Source of the DNA: Paramoeba atlantica
Taxonomy: Eukaryota; Protista; Discosea
NCBI GenBank assembly: GCA_977017575.1
Contig: CDRNVI010000048.1
Location: 124,001 to 188,000 of the forward strand
Direction of reading: 5' to 3'
Length of the DNA: 64,000 bases
Shown here: positions 1-11,442 of the stretch, one piece after another
Layout of the letters: each line of letters begins with the position of its first letter
How positions within the stretch are numbered: the first letter of the stretch is position 1
Program-made: the position numbers and the translations under genes
The notes under the pieces: model-generated
What the model was told of the DNA's origin: nothing
Seen by the model: only the letters and a program-made list of their open reading frames with translations
Database searches by the model: none

Positions 1-559
1 GATGTGCGCACAGTGGATAACTACGCGCATTCGCCAACTCTCTGATCTGCTTTGGAATGCAGAATGCTTTCGGTGGAAATTTTGCAAGCGAGAATTGTAC
101 CGCGGCACGGTGGTTATGTTAGATGCTGAGTAGAAGTTTGTAAACGAGTGGAAATCTAGGCCAGATTGTTTGTGTACATTTTTTAAGGATGATGCTAGAG
201 ACAAAGAAGCAACAAAAGATTACCGCGACCGTATAAAGTGAGAACTTTACATTTCTGGGATCAGTAATGTAGGAAAGTGCCCAGCACATGCCAAGAAATC
301 GGATGTAACATATACAAAGCTAACGAAAAGTGAAATTCTGAGGAAAAATGAAAAGTTGAAACTCATACACGATGAAGAACAAACTTCCAAGAGAAAGTTT
401 CGCAAGTATTCCAATCAGATGGACAAGAAAATGTTTAATCAGAACGAATAATTTGGTGAAAGTGAAGCATTATTGCGCCAAAAAAATATTTTTCTCCAAT
501 TTTCAAATATTGGTTTGAAACAAGTATGTTTTCTTTTAGAGTGTCAGATTATTAAAAAT

Positions 560-830
560 ACAAACTTTTTTCACGGTTTATCACTATGAACTGCGCACAA
601 TAACACAATTAATTAAGTTGTCTGCTGGAAGCCGAACCGTAACGCGCACTGATGGGTGGCGAGCGAGTCGCTCGCTGGGAAAAGACTTGCGGCATGAGAC
701 AGTTAATCGTCGACGATCTTTGGTGCACACCAACACTGTTGAACGCATGAGTGAGATACTCAAGAAGGCAGTACGATCCCGTGGGAATGGGACCCTTGGG
801 TGCTTTGATGAAGAAAGAAAAGATTGACCA
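560..830 (+). mobile_element. Merlin/IS1595-family DDE transposase remnant
   Basis: ORF 618-827 reads GSRTVTRTDGWRA..RHETVNRR..HTNTVERM..LKK, a decayed form of the IS1595/Merlin motif GSxIxTDGWxAY..HxTVNH..HTNxIE. No termini found. Confidence 0.6.
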
Positions 831-1425
831 AAGTTCAGCGGAGACGTCGTCAATGGTCTGAAGATCGGAAACAGCGAGGGAGATCCTTTAAAACAGCTGT
901 GCGAAGATCTCTAATTAATGTGAAGACTCATCTTTTTAGAAGCGAAATCAAAAGAAATAAGTAGTAGCGGCCCATAAACGTAAAAAGATATCTGCATTTA
1001 TTTTTTTCAAAAAAGGCGCAATAATGCTTCACTTTGACCAAAAATTTATTCGTTCGTTATTATAATGTTATCAGAATCCGTGATACTATCCTCAGCGGTA
1101 AAAGAGTGGAGGAAGGCGGGTGTCCGCTAATTATTAGATAGGGTGATTTTTACTGAGAAAAAAGAATATCAGAATAATTTCAGTAAGGGCACGACGGAGG
1201 TCAAGTATTCTTCACTATTTCTGACTAAGTACTTTTCTTCACTACGTCAGAGTGGACTTCGCGGGTTTTGCCAGGTTTTGCCTTTCGTAGGTTTCAACCC
1301 TCTTAGTCAACTGAGGCAAGTCTAAAATAATTCGTAGTGGACACATCGTCCAAAGTTTATAATGATTAGAGGTCAAAGTTCTCATGGCCTCGAACAGGGG
1401 TCCGAATAACTTTATATAGTTTATA

Positions 1426-2179
1426 CAGTGGTTTCAGTTGATCTTGCCCCCCCCTCGGAATTTTGATTTTTTTGATCCGTTTTTGCTCATTGGAGTTTTT
1501 GCAGCATTGGAGAGATCTCATTCCCCTAGCGAAGAGCTTTGCCGCCTTTTTTTCATAGAGACCCCCTGGTGCCCCCTGGGTTCAAAAAGTACTGTTTTTA
1601 CGGAGTTTTTCTGTGTACACAACCATTTTTTGCCACATTTTCCCGATTTTCTGTGTATTTTGCACTTGTAAGTACGAGTGATAGCGTTCTAAATTGATAA
1701 TTTGAACGCTCTATGTCTAGTACCCTCTCTATTGCATAGTTCAATTTAGTCAACACCTCTACATTATGAAGATCAGACCCTCATACCCCAAACAGGGGGA
1801 GTACGTCGAACAAAGTAATGACAAAAGAGAAGACAACCCCACAATGTGTGCGACACAATTGAATTCGATCCCAAATAGACTTCGAAGCGTGTTGCAAAAC
1901 AATGGAAGCCATTCCGGACACTAGTTCTTTGCCTTCAGAGGTAACTTTTGGACATAAAATCCGTTTTTTGCTCTATTTTTCATAGGTAAAAAAATGTCAT
2001 TTGTTTTATTTTGGTCAACTTTCGGGTCACCCAGGGGGTGCCAGGGGGTCTCTATGAAAAAAAGGCGGCAAAGCTCTTCGCTAGGGGAACGAGATCTCTC
2101 CAATGCTGCAAAGATGAGCAAAAACGGATAAAAAAAATCAAAATTCCGAGGGGGGGGGCAAGATCAACTGAAACCACTG
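1426..2179. mobile_element. Tc1/mariner-type non-autonomous element (MITE) with ~155-bp terminal inverted repeats
   Basis: TA|CAGTGGTTTCAGTTGATCTTGCCCCCCC.. at 1426 is mirrored by ..GGGGGCAAGATCAACTGAAACCACTG|TA ending at 2179. Arms are about 1426-1581 and 2029-2179; TA flanks; no transposase inside. Confidence 0.85.
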
Positions 2180-2185
2180 TATATA

Positions 2186-2366
2186 CTGTCCCCCCCCTTT
2201 AAGCGCACCCGGTCAGACCCCCCCGTATAAGCGCACATAGAGTTGAAGGAAAGAGTCCGGCGCCGCGAATCGGCGCCAATTTTGTTTTTATGTAGTGATT
2301 CAGACCTCCCCCGTTTAAGCGCACTTTTCGCGGAAAACGAGGTGCGCTTAAACGGGGGGGGGACAG
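2186..2366. mobile_element. 181-bp TA-flanked MITE (pogo/Tc2-like ends)
   Basis: TA|CTGTCCCCCCCCTTTAAGCGCACC ... GGTGCGCTTAAACGGGGGGGGGACAG|TA, with internal repeats of TAAGCGCAC. Confidence 0.8.
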
Positions 2367-2802
2367 TAGGTAGAAAAAATAAATATAGTTACTATAAAGT
2401 ACCTATACTACCTTTAAAGCTTTATGTACCTATATTTTTGGAGGTCGACTTTTTGTGAAATTTGGGTAGGAAATCTGTGCAATCTGGGTGCTCGGATCGG
2501 GGAGAGTAGGCCTTGTTGGAGGGAGTGGTTCTTCTGATTACCTAAAATACATATAGAAACAAATCTTGCAGAGTTATAGTTTTCAGGCAGAACATGAAGA
2601 GCAAGTTTCATCAGCATCAGATGTGGAAAACACTTCAGGCGTTCCAGGCCTGCTCTAATCATCGTTGACAAGCCATGCGCATCAAAAGTATAAAGAACGT
2701 GTAAGAAGAAAGTCAATGTTATCAAAACGAAGAGTAAAAAAATTATGATTATTGACTGGTCATCTAAAACAACAGCATTTCACCGAAAGCAACGATATAC
2801 GT

Positions 2803-3265
2803 TTATTTGCTGACGATAAGGTTAAAAACAGGTATACACGTATACCTCTTGTTGTATGGATGAATGACGAAATCTATTGAAGCGCAACATCTCAGGTTAC
2901 AATATGTGTCAACATCACAATTTGTGACGCCTACAGGTTGCTTTACACGACATCGAATGGCAGTTTCAGCCTCAACAGGTTCAAGCTTCAGTCTTGAGCG
3001 AAGATCAGAGTGCACAAAGCCTACTGAGCTAAATATGCGCTCGCAGGCTGCTTCAGAAGTAACTGCAACCGACCATTTTCGAGCAACGTGTGACAGAAGG
3101 GAAAACGTATGTCGGGTCACAAGATCAATTTTCCGCTTTTCCGGTGCACTGCAGAGTTGGCATTCATGTTCATGTATGTCCGCTTCCCGGCCTCCACCTC
3201 CTTATAATGAGACTCAACAATTCAGCGCGACTTTCTGGGTTACTATCCGAGCGTCTAGGCATTGA
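2803..3265 (-). pseudogene. hAT transposase C-terminal fragment
   Basis: VTSEAACERIFSSVGFVHSDLRSRLKLEPVEAETAIRCR matches the hAT dimerization domain and aligns by eye to the transposase at 49684-51714 (ASEANCERLFSSVGFIYDDLRARMSPEMVAAETSIRCR). Confidence 0.75.
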
Positions 3266-3291
3266 AAAATTTCAAAAAAATAGTACGATTA

Positions 3292-4144
3292 CAGTGCAAA
3301 TCATTGACAAAAAAATAAAGGTAGATAAAGGTAGGGAAAAATTTCACACCAGCATTGGACCGTCCAAGACTGGAAGCGGGTACTTTGGACGGATGAAACC
3401 AAAGTACATCGTTTCGGTTCGGATGGGAGACGCTGGGTGTGGCGTCTGGTGAATGAGAAGCCCGATTCCCGGAACACGGAAGGGACGGTGAAGTATTGTG
3501 GCGGGAGCTTGATGGTATGGGCGTGCATTGCGCACGCAGGGGTAGGCAAGATACATCTAAGTGAGGGCAATTTAAACGCCCATCAGTACATTGAAATTCT
3601 GCACGAAAATATTGTCTCCTCCATTGAGCAAGTGGGGCTAGACCGGGGCGAGATCTTGTTTCAACAAGACAATGACTCCAAACACACTAGCAAGCTTGTC
3701 AAAGAGTGGTTGGCGAGCCATAGCTATGTGGTTTTGAAGTGGTCCCCGCAATCCACAGATCTTATTGAGAACATCTGGGGCCACTTAAAACGGCGTCTCC
3801 CTGCTTATAAAAAGGACCCCGAGGGAATAATTCAGCTTTGGGGCCGGGCCAAAGTTGTGTGGGATGTACTTCCCTGTGCCATGTGCGAGTCTACAGTGAG
3901 CAGCATGCCTTGCCGTATGAGAGCGGTGATTGTTGCAAAAGGGGGGCATACAAAATATTAGTTTTACCTTGTTTTAAACAAGGTTTAAACAGTTTACTAA
4001 TCAAGAAATTTTACCGTTTACTAATCAAGAAATAATGACTACATAACCCCCATATGATAACTACAGTACTTGTCTTTCAGTTCAAAGATAATCACTCAAA
4101 AAAATACTGTTTCATAACATTGAGACATTTTCTAACTTTCACTG
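3292..4144 (+). mobile_element. Tc1-family element, internally deleted, with DDE-domain transposase remnant (about 3350-3961)
   Basis: HWTVQDWKRVLWTDETK..GGSLMVWACI..FQQDNDSKH..SPQSTDLIENIW..GGHTKY. D-to-E spacing is 32 rather than 34 because the usual NP is missing. Putative ends TA|CAGTG (3292) and CACTG|TA (4144) match each other only poorly. Confidence 0.75.
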
Positions 4145-4408
4145 TATCTTACAGATTGTTTTACTCAGAATGATGGTTACAGATTGTAACTCCAACGCCT
4201 GGACGAGGATTCGCCGACTGTTGTTCCCCAAATGCTGATTACATGACATACGTACGTACGTGGAATTTTTGTCTACGCTTCGCGGATGCACATAACACTG
4301 ATTTATTGGATCATTAACTCATCCGGTGTAATAGCAAGGCGCTAAATAACGAGGGAGAGCAATCGCGCGGACACAAATCTGTTGTGATTGGAAGAATATG
4401 GCAAAATA

Positions 4409-5484
4409 CCGTTACCCCCTTTACTTAGCCCCCACTTTTTGGTCCAAAACCCGTACTTTGTGGTGAAGTAAGGGGGGTGGTGAAGTAAGGGGGTGAATAA
4501 GTGATTCAAAGTTCGATCAATTTATAGTTCTCTCGGAAATCCTCAAATTATTGAAGTAAACTATGCTATCGACATTGAGCATAATTTCCTTTTCTTGAGT
4601 GCTGTAATCCCTCGTGTTGCATTCTATATTTTATGTTTCTTTTAACTTGTCTACGATGTCCCATGCGTTTTTAACTTTCCCCCCATGAAATTTTCTTACA
4701 TCGTAAAATTTAAATGAGGGGCTGCGGATATGATCTCGCGTGATCTCACGTGATCTCGCATGATTTCACGTGATCTCGCGTGATCTCATATTGGGTCTCA
4801 CCCGCAGCCCCGCAAATGATGTCGCAGAACATAACCTATTGAACACCAATTTAAATTTTAGAACTACAAGACGTTGTGGCGCAACTTTATGATCAAAGCG
4901 ATGATGAAACTCACATGGAAGAAAACCGTTCTGAATTAGAAATCGTTCAACGAATCTAAGTCATTTCGGACATCTTCCGATCGGTCACTGGCAGGACAGA
5001 CCCTTCACAGATAAATTTTGAAGTTTCGATGCCGAAGTCCTCTACCTGTTTTCGTTAGTACAAGGCGGCAACAACGTTCTGCTACCAACCCGTTGCGTCG
5101 ACGAACCCAAGACAATCTTCAAAAGTTATCATTCCTTCAGCTAAGTAGCATTCTTGTAGCCGTTAAATTTCCTCCTCGGAACGTTAAACCGGACTGTGGT
5201 TTAAAATTCCGGTATGACGGCGTCGTCTTCACCAAGAAATTTGCACCAAGAACCTTTGTGCATCGATCTTTGTGCGCCATCAGTGTCGCCCCCTTTGAAG
5301 ACCACTGGGCTTGGCTCTGCCTCGCCTTACCCCGATGCAACAGTCGGTTGCAGTGCACCCCTCCGGCTGTGTAAAGAGGTGGTAAGCTGTCTGGGGAAAA
5401 ATCTGACACCCCCCTTACTTCACCGCACGTCCAGTGACTAAATATGGTGAAGTAAGAGGGGAGGCGAAGTAAGGGGGGGAACGG
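4409..5484. mobile_element. ~1.08-kb TA-flanked non-autonomous element (pogo/Tc2-like ends)
   Basis: TA|CCGTTACCCCCTTTACTTAGCC ... GGCGAAGTAAGGGGGGGAACGG|TA, with subterminal GGTGAAGTAAGGGGG repeats near both ends. Confidence 0.7.
4718..4811. repeat. 94-bp micro-element: 10-bp inverted ends around about six TGATCTCGCG-like decamers
   Basis: GGGGCTGCGG ... CCGCAGCCCC. Flanks TTAAATGA and GCAAATGA share AAATGA, a possible degenerate TSD. Confidence 0.6.
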
Positions 5485-5590
5485 TATTGTCGTTTTGACG
5501 GTGCGCCCCCCCTCTGTGCAAGGCAAAACTAAAGGAGGTAAAAAATGTACCGTAAAATGACAATAAGAAATCTGTACTTAAGCATTTTCA

Positions 5591-6643
5591 CTACCACTTT
5601 TTAGATCGCAGCGAGCGTCGAACGCTTTCTGAAACTTCAACGAATATTTTTTCTGCACCGTCTACAGTTACCATTTTCATATTGTGCAGTATATCAGATA
5701 AAATGGACGAAAAGGATCGTGAAATTGATTTATGGGACTCGAATACCTCATTTAAATTAATGTTAGAAGTGTCTACTTCAAAGTCGTCTGTTTCGAAGTG
5801 TTTAAATTGCACATCAGTACATCGTGTGGCAGACTCCTATTTTGCCGAGTCTCCGTAATAACAAATAAAGTTTTTCGTTGCCTTGCGTAGGTAGAAGGCA
5901 TAAGTTCTGAACGCACAAGCGGGTACAACTCTTCCGTAACATGGGCGTGTTGTTGAAGGTACAAAAATCCCTCTATGGAGGATAGCATTTCTCGCCTTGC
6001 CACATGGAGCGACAGAGGGCACACGTGCAGCAACGCCAGTGCCCAGGCCGTGCCACTAACATGAACGAATTGCTCTTGATGAGGAATACAATACGTTACG
6101 TGGGAAACTCCATGAGACTTGTTCATTTCATTCTTCTTTGTGTCCGCATATTCCTGTAGAACTCTAGTGTCCACTGCATGTGCCACAGTCGCTGAGTCTG
6201 ATGGAAGACAGTCCAGGCAGACGACACAAAAACGTCCCCCATCTAGAATAAGAACAGCAGCGTCACAAGCGTGGGATCCGTGACGGCTGGATTTCTCTGC
6301 AATGGTTGTCGGGGCACACACAGCCCCCTGGGGTATTCCATATATCGGGTCGGAAGAGTGAAGATCCCAATGAAACGCGTGCAGCAACGCACAACAGAGT
6401 TGATACACCAGTTCATTCTTCTAAAGTAGGAAACGGGATTCCACTTTGCGACGGTGAAAAATTGCTTTCTTCGCTGGCACGTGTGGCACGTAAAATTACT
6501 TTAATAATCGGTTGACGAGCTGAAGTCGTCGTCTGAACATTCGTGCTCGGACGTTTATCTTTCTTTTCTTTTTTTCCTTGGCGTCTGTAACGACGTTGTA
6601 CTCTGTTTTCTGACTCGCTTGATACTACATCTTTTTTCCTCAT
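5591..6643 (-). pseudogene. Hypothetical gene broken by about two frameshifts (or assembly indels)
   Basis: Three abutting minus-strand ORFs (6413-6643, 5773-6408, 5591-5812) on the strand of the gene cluster; no recognisable domain. Confidence 0.35.
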
Positions 6644-6944
6644 AACGGCGCATCGTTACCACGTGAACGAAACGACCTTGTACCTGTCAGAAAGTGACAT
6701 CTATGCAAGCCATGTACCTGTGTCAAAGGAAAATTCTGTTGGTTAACAATATGGCATAACAATGAACCATAATTTTATGTCAAATATTATGCGGAAAGAT
6801 GAATACGTTTGCCATGTGTACAAGTTCATAGGTCAAAAAACCTGTTTGCTTACCTGCGTCTAACACTAATAATGTGATTCAGGCAATATGTTATGGGAAA
6901 GCAGATTACAGAAAAAACTTTCTGTTCTGCGTGCCTCACGGAGG

Positions 6945-7991
6945 TCACACTTCCATTGCAATCTTGTCCACCGCAGACCGAAAGAACGCCTCCCCAAGTT
7001 GTTGTTTCGTAGTCAAGTGCTCTGTGCCGTACCGGCGAAGTGTCTCGTCCAGCACTTCCCACGTCATAATGGCATCCGTTAGTGCTCGGTGTGCCTTCGT
7101 CCCTCCAAGGGGTAAACCCAGCCAACGCTTTAAGTCAATTAGACCCCATGCCGGGGGTAGATGGTTGCTGGTCACGGGACGACGCCTGTGACGGTCCCGA
7201 ATTAACCCAGAGGTGTCACCAAAAGTAATCTCTGGAGGGACCGGGAGATCGCACTGCTTGCAATCCCATTTAAGCATACTCACATCTGCAAGCCTTCCCC
7301 CATGGGAGAGCAGTAAGAATTTTAAGGAGGAATTAAGTGAGGGGATGGCATCGGAGGTGGGAGAGATCTCCTTGTCATCTAATAGTGTATCTTCGCTGTT
7401 TTCTGTGCTTTCAGTCCCCGACGATGAAGTTTGCTCCAAACGCAAATAAGGTTCATTTGCACCGAGAGACAAGGGCAAAGGTAATTGAGTGAGCCAACGT
7501 AGGAAACTAATCCATACGGCGCGATAGGGTACTCCTTGCTTGGCGATATCTTTCTTTGTAATGCCTGTGAGGTCAACTGATTTTTGACTTATCTCCTGAC
7601 TTCGAGAATTCGAAACAAAACGCTGAAATTTCTTACCTGACTCGGGATGATATGCCCCAAATTCAACGATGCTAGCCGTGGGTCCCTCTTGTGTAAATCG
7701 GGGAATATCCGTGAATTCGAGATCAAAAGTGATAAGCTGAAACGGAACGGCGTAGAGCTTTTCGTAGTGCAGCTGCAACAGCAGCTTTGCTAGCTCGCGA
7801 GGGCCTTTGTCCAGGAGCTCACCCTCGGTTACACCTGTTTTACGAAGCTCCGGTTGGAATTTACACATAATTTCGGAGCGAGACTTAGATACTGAGGGAA
7901 CGTGTCCTTTGCGGAGACGTTGATACAGGACTTCCCACTTATCACCCGTACCCACTTTAAGGGATACAAGCGCCAGACAGGATCTTCTCAT
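6945..7991 (-). CDS. DEDDh (DnaQ/RNase T-like) 3'-5' exonuclease, possibly mitochondrial
   Basis: Exo I FDLEFTD, then LTGIT, Exo II SHGGRLADV and Exo III AHRALTDA. Start placed at ATG 7991 (MRRSCL..); an upstream in-frame ATG exists at 8072. Confidence 0.85.
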   Translation of the reverse strand: MRRSCLALVSLKVGTGDKWEVLYQRLRKGHVPSVSKSRSEIMCKFQPELRKTGVTEGELLDKGPRELAKLLLQLHYEKLYAVPFQLITFDLEFTDIPRFTQEGPTASIVEFGAYHPESGKKFQRFVSNSRSQEISQKSVDLTGITKKDIAKQGVPYRAVWISFLRWLTQLPLPLSLGANEPYLRLEQTSSSGTESTENSEDTLLDDKEISPTSDAIPSLNSSLKFLLLSHGGRLADVSMLKWDCKQCDLPVPPEITFGDTSGLIRDRHRRRPVTSNHLPPAWGLIDLKRWLGLPLGGTKAHRALTDAIMTWEVLDETLRRYGTEHLTTKQQLGEAFFRSAVDKIAMEV

Positions 7992-8715
7992 TAATGTCAA
8001 ATACGTATTACGAAAATAAGGATATAGAATAACAAGTGTATGTATTTCCCTTATGTTTTCATTCTCTCTCATTCAAATACACGAATCTGCATTTTACGAT
8101 AAATACATGGTCATGGTCATGGTCAGCCGCCCATTTGGCCTCGAAAGGCTGTGGGCCCTCAACCATCCAGATGAGGTGGCTGACAGCTCAGGTATATTCC
8201 GAGCCGTCACCGCTCCTTTCGGAGCAGCTTGCATAGCCAATTGCAGCTCGCCGCGATTGACCTTCGTTCAGGATGGGAGCAAGAGACGCAGTGAGGCTAG
8301 GCCACACACTATCCAGCGATCCCCATGTAGGGGGGCAACCAAATCTCTTCGCGCCCCCACACGGGGGAGGTAGGAAGGTGGCGACGGTGTAGTCGCGCTT
8401 CCCATTAGTCCTAGAACTATTGACATCCGTAACCAGCTCGGGAGGCTGGGGTCGCTAAGCCCCATCATCCGACGTGAGTCGGACGCCCTTACCGTTGATG
8501 TATAATGGATACTACCCTAGTTTCTTAACGTCTTGTTGTGCTGACGCCGGGTAGCTCCATACTCGGAAAATGCGGTGGGTAGAGCTACGGGTAGCGCGGC
8601 TGGTGGTGCGGCGGGGAGCGCAGTGGTGAGCGTGGCGGGGAGAGCGGCGGGTCGCGCGGCGTGTGGGGAGAGCGGCGGGGAGCGTGGCTGAGAGAAGGGG
8701 CACATGGGGGGGTGT

Positions 8716-8755
8716 CAACAAGGTACAGAATAAAATACAAGCCAACGAGGTACAG
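8716..8755 (-). repeat. Two tandem spliced-leader 3'-end relics ahead of a short Pro/Ala-rich ORF (8517-8705)
   Basis: Minus strand reads CTGTACCTCGTTG-gcttgtatttta-TTCTGTACCTTGTTG-acacccccc-ATG. The 15-nt copy is identical to the SL 3' end; the 13-nt copy has one mismatch. Confidence 0.65.
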
Positions 8756-8783
8756 TACTGTACATAAATACATGAACAATATA

Positions 8784-9329
8784 CTCTCCCTCTCATTAAT
8801 TTTTATAAATGACCTTTGGTATTTTTTTGCAAAAATTTATGTTTCTACAAAAATTTACAATTTTTTTCAGAGTCATATCCTTTTATGTTTTTCTAAAGTA
8901 GATTATTTCTATATCCCCGAAACGTTTGGACCGCACTTCGGACAACGGTCTTGGCTTTTATTTTTCCCCGCAGCGCATCGCTGATTACGAAGAAATTCGT
9001 AGAAATCAGCGTACAATCACGTTTGTGGAGACGAAGGGACAGGAGGAATTTTCTCCAGAAAGTACAGATCTGCCTTTTGTACATTAGCCCTCCCTTCATT
9101 ACTCTATGGGCGCTTAAGCAAATATTTATAGTTAACATCTCATAATTATCCTCGCTTACCCGCAATCTATCCTTACAGCGAAACAAATTGGTTCATCCTA
9201 TCATCTAAAGTGTTGTATATCACCCTCCTTCCACCTACCCTCTCTCATTAATTTTTATAATTATAAATATAAATATATATTTACATTTTTGTTATAATTT
9301 ATATTTATAAAAATTAATGAGAGGGGGGG
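8784..9329. mobile_element. Stowaway/mariner-like MITE with an extra internal TIR copy
   Basis: TA|CTCTCCCTCTCATTAATTTTTATAAAT at 8784; a second copy at about 9238; inverted copy ATTTATAAAAATTAATGAGAGGGGGGG|TA ending at 9329. Confidence 0.55.
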
Positions 9330-9489
9330 TAAAGACAAACCTTAACTGCAATAAAATACCTCTCGCTAAAATACCTATCCACCAGTGGACATTATTCAGC
9401 GGGGTTTACACTTAGAGAAGAGTGCCGATTCCAGAGTTTCAAGAATTTCCTGCACGACACTTCTTCGACCGCTCTGAGTCGAAATTGGT

Positions 9490-10494
9490 TCATCTCTTTA
9501 ATGAAACACAAAGATGAGATTGTGCACTACAGGCAGCCATCTTAACAACATCAAAAGCTGTCGGCCGTGCCGATGGGCTAGGATGGATCATTAATTCCAA
9601 AAAGATACGAAGGCCTTCGCTAAGATGGTGAATTCCTAGGAGTTTACCTTGCAGAAGTGAATTACAAATAGCTTCATCAATATCCTTTTCATGTCCAAGA
9701 GCCAACTCAAAGACACTGCTCCCTAGGGCGTAAATATCTGCCTCGCACCAGTGTGTGTTTTCTCTAAGGAATGTTGGACACAGATATCTCTTGTCTCCCT
9801 CTTCATCGCAAGGCATCTGGTAGTGACAGTTAGTCTCACGTTCCCCGTATGCTTCCACGTCAAAGCATCTCGCATGGCCGAAGTCACCAAGCTTAAAAAC
9901 ACGTTTTCCGCACAGATATCTGACATAAACATTATCCATTTTCACGTCGAGATGGCAATATCCCTTAGAATGAAGATATTGAAGTGCAAGGGCTACCTGA
10001 AACAAAATATCCCAAAGTTCTCGTTCGGACCAGTTATATTCTCCGCAAGGGTAGCGTTTCTTTACCGACCCCTCTTCACAGTACTCCGTGCGAATATGAA
10101 GCTGCGCATCTTCAAGCCAACTCTCATAATATCTAAGAATATGAGCATGTCCTTGGCACGCAGACAACGCATATACTTCCTGCATCCGTCTGAGACACTC
10201 GGAATTTCCACGAATCGTCGCTCGAATTTGCTTAATCGCGAATACCTTGCCTTCCAGCAAGTGATAAGCTTTCCACACAGTGGCGAAGTGCCCATTGTCA
10301 AGAATATCCACATCCGAATATTCCTTCCAAAGTTTCTTAATGCCTAGTGTGGAGTTCAGCTCGCTCATGTCTGAGCTTGATACTGATTCTCTAAGGCACG
10401 ACATTGTATGTGGTGGGCTTTCGCACAGCGCCTCCGTATCCTCGGGCAAGGATGTTCTCGACAGAAAGCGTTTTAAGGGATGTTGAATGGTCAT
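9490..10494 (-). CDS. WEE1: WEE1-family protein kinase
   Basis: GHFATVWKA, FAIKQ, EVYALSAC, HLDVKMDNVY, KLGDFG, EEGDKRYL (the Wee1 EGD signature). ATG at 10494. Confidence 0.85.
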   Translation of the reverse strand: MTIQHPLKRFLSRTSLPEDTEALCESPPHTMSCLRESVSSSDMSELNSTLGIKKLWKEYSDVDILDNGHFATVWKAYHLLEGKVFAIKQIRATIRGNSECLRRMQEVYALSACQGHAHILRYYESWLEDAQLHIRTEYCEEGSVKKRYPCGEYNWSERELWDILFQVALALQYLHSKGYCHLDVKMDNVYVRYLCGKRVFKLGDFGHARCFDVEAYGERETNCHYQMPCDEEGDKRYLCPTFLRENTHWCEADIYALGSSVFELALGHEKDIDEAICNSLLQGKLLGIHHLSEGLRIFLELMIHPSPSARPTAFDVVKMAACSAQSHLCVSLKR

Positions 10495-11044
10495 GAACGT
10501 ACGCAAGTGTGCTAACCGACAGTTCTGAAATTAAAAACATAACTTACCTTTTATGACAGTAAACCCGCTAAAGCATACAGTATATAGTAACATACAGTGT
10601 ATAGTAAGAAATAATCTTGTCTGTTGGCTATTTACATATTTATCGTACTGCTTAAAATTTGGCTACATGCTTAAATGGTACTCCGTATGAGGGGTGTGGG
10701 TGGTGTCGCGCGAAGCAGCGCGAAATCGAGGCTTACATTTGGCCCTCCAAGGTCTTGCTGGATATTAATGTGCGGTAGAAATATTCGTTTTTTTATATTT
10801 TCAAGTCACTTACGATGCGAAGGAAGTAATTTATACAATGGACTTACATCCGGTAAATACAAAACATTGTATAAAATGTACATCCAGTTTGCTTTCTCTA
10901 CCCTGATCGCAAAAACAGGAAAATGAAGAAAGAAATCAAAATGTAAGAAGAGTTTTTCTGGATTGCAAGTTATGATCTTGGCAGTACCGAATGTTATGAT
11001 CTTGGTAGTACCGAAAGTGAACATACACCCATGGACACAAGTGT

Positions 11045-11150
11045 GCCCCCTGCGAAGCAAATGTCGATTTTTCATCATTTTTTGCTCTTTTTGGTAGAAT
11101 TCGAGAGATCTCGTTCCCCTAGTGAAGATCTTTTTCGCCATTTTTTCAGT
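11045..11150 (+). repeat. Solo diverged copy of the inner TIR of the 1426-2179 MITE
   Basis: GAGAGATCTCGTTCCCCTAGTGAAGATCTTTTTCGCC resembles GAGAGATCTCATTCCCCTAGCGAAGAGCTTTGCCGCC at about 1510-1545. Confidence 0.5.
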
Positions 11151-11442
11151 GAAAGGTACACAAGACTTGAAATCATTTCTTGAATGGAACCCACTGGACG
11201 TCCCTGCGAAAAGGAGAAGACTTTTTGCTCCGAGAACATGTATGGAGATCCCTTTCTGGAATCGCTCTGGGGACTCTAATGTTTATGGCAACTGAGACAG
11301 TGTCAAGACCGCACTGAATCCCGATCCCCATCACCTCATATTTTTACATGCGGCAAAAAGATTGTTTCTCGACTGTTCGACAAATTTCGAAGCACGAATA
11401 AATAAGGAAACAATAGTATGCATTTACTTGTCAAAGAGTATT

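Noticed and set aside
8080-8470. Degenerate RNase H of a YR element (KVNRGELQLAMQA)
   Set aside because: A single short motif in a broken frame; insufficient support.
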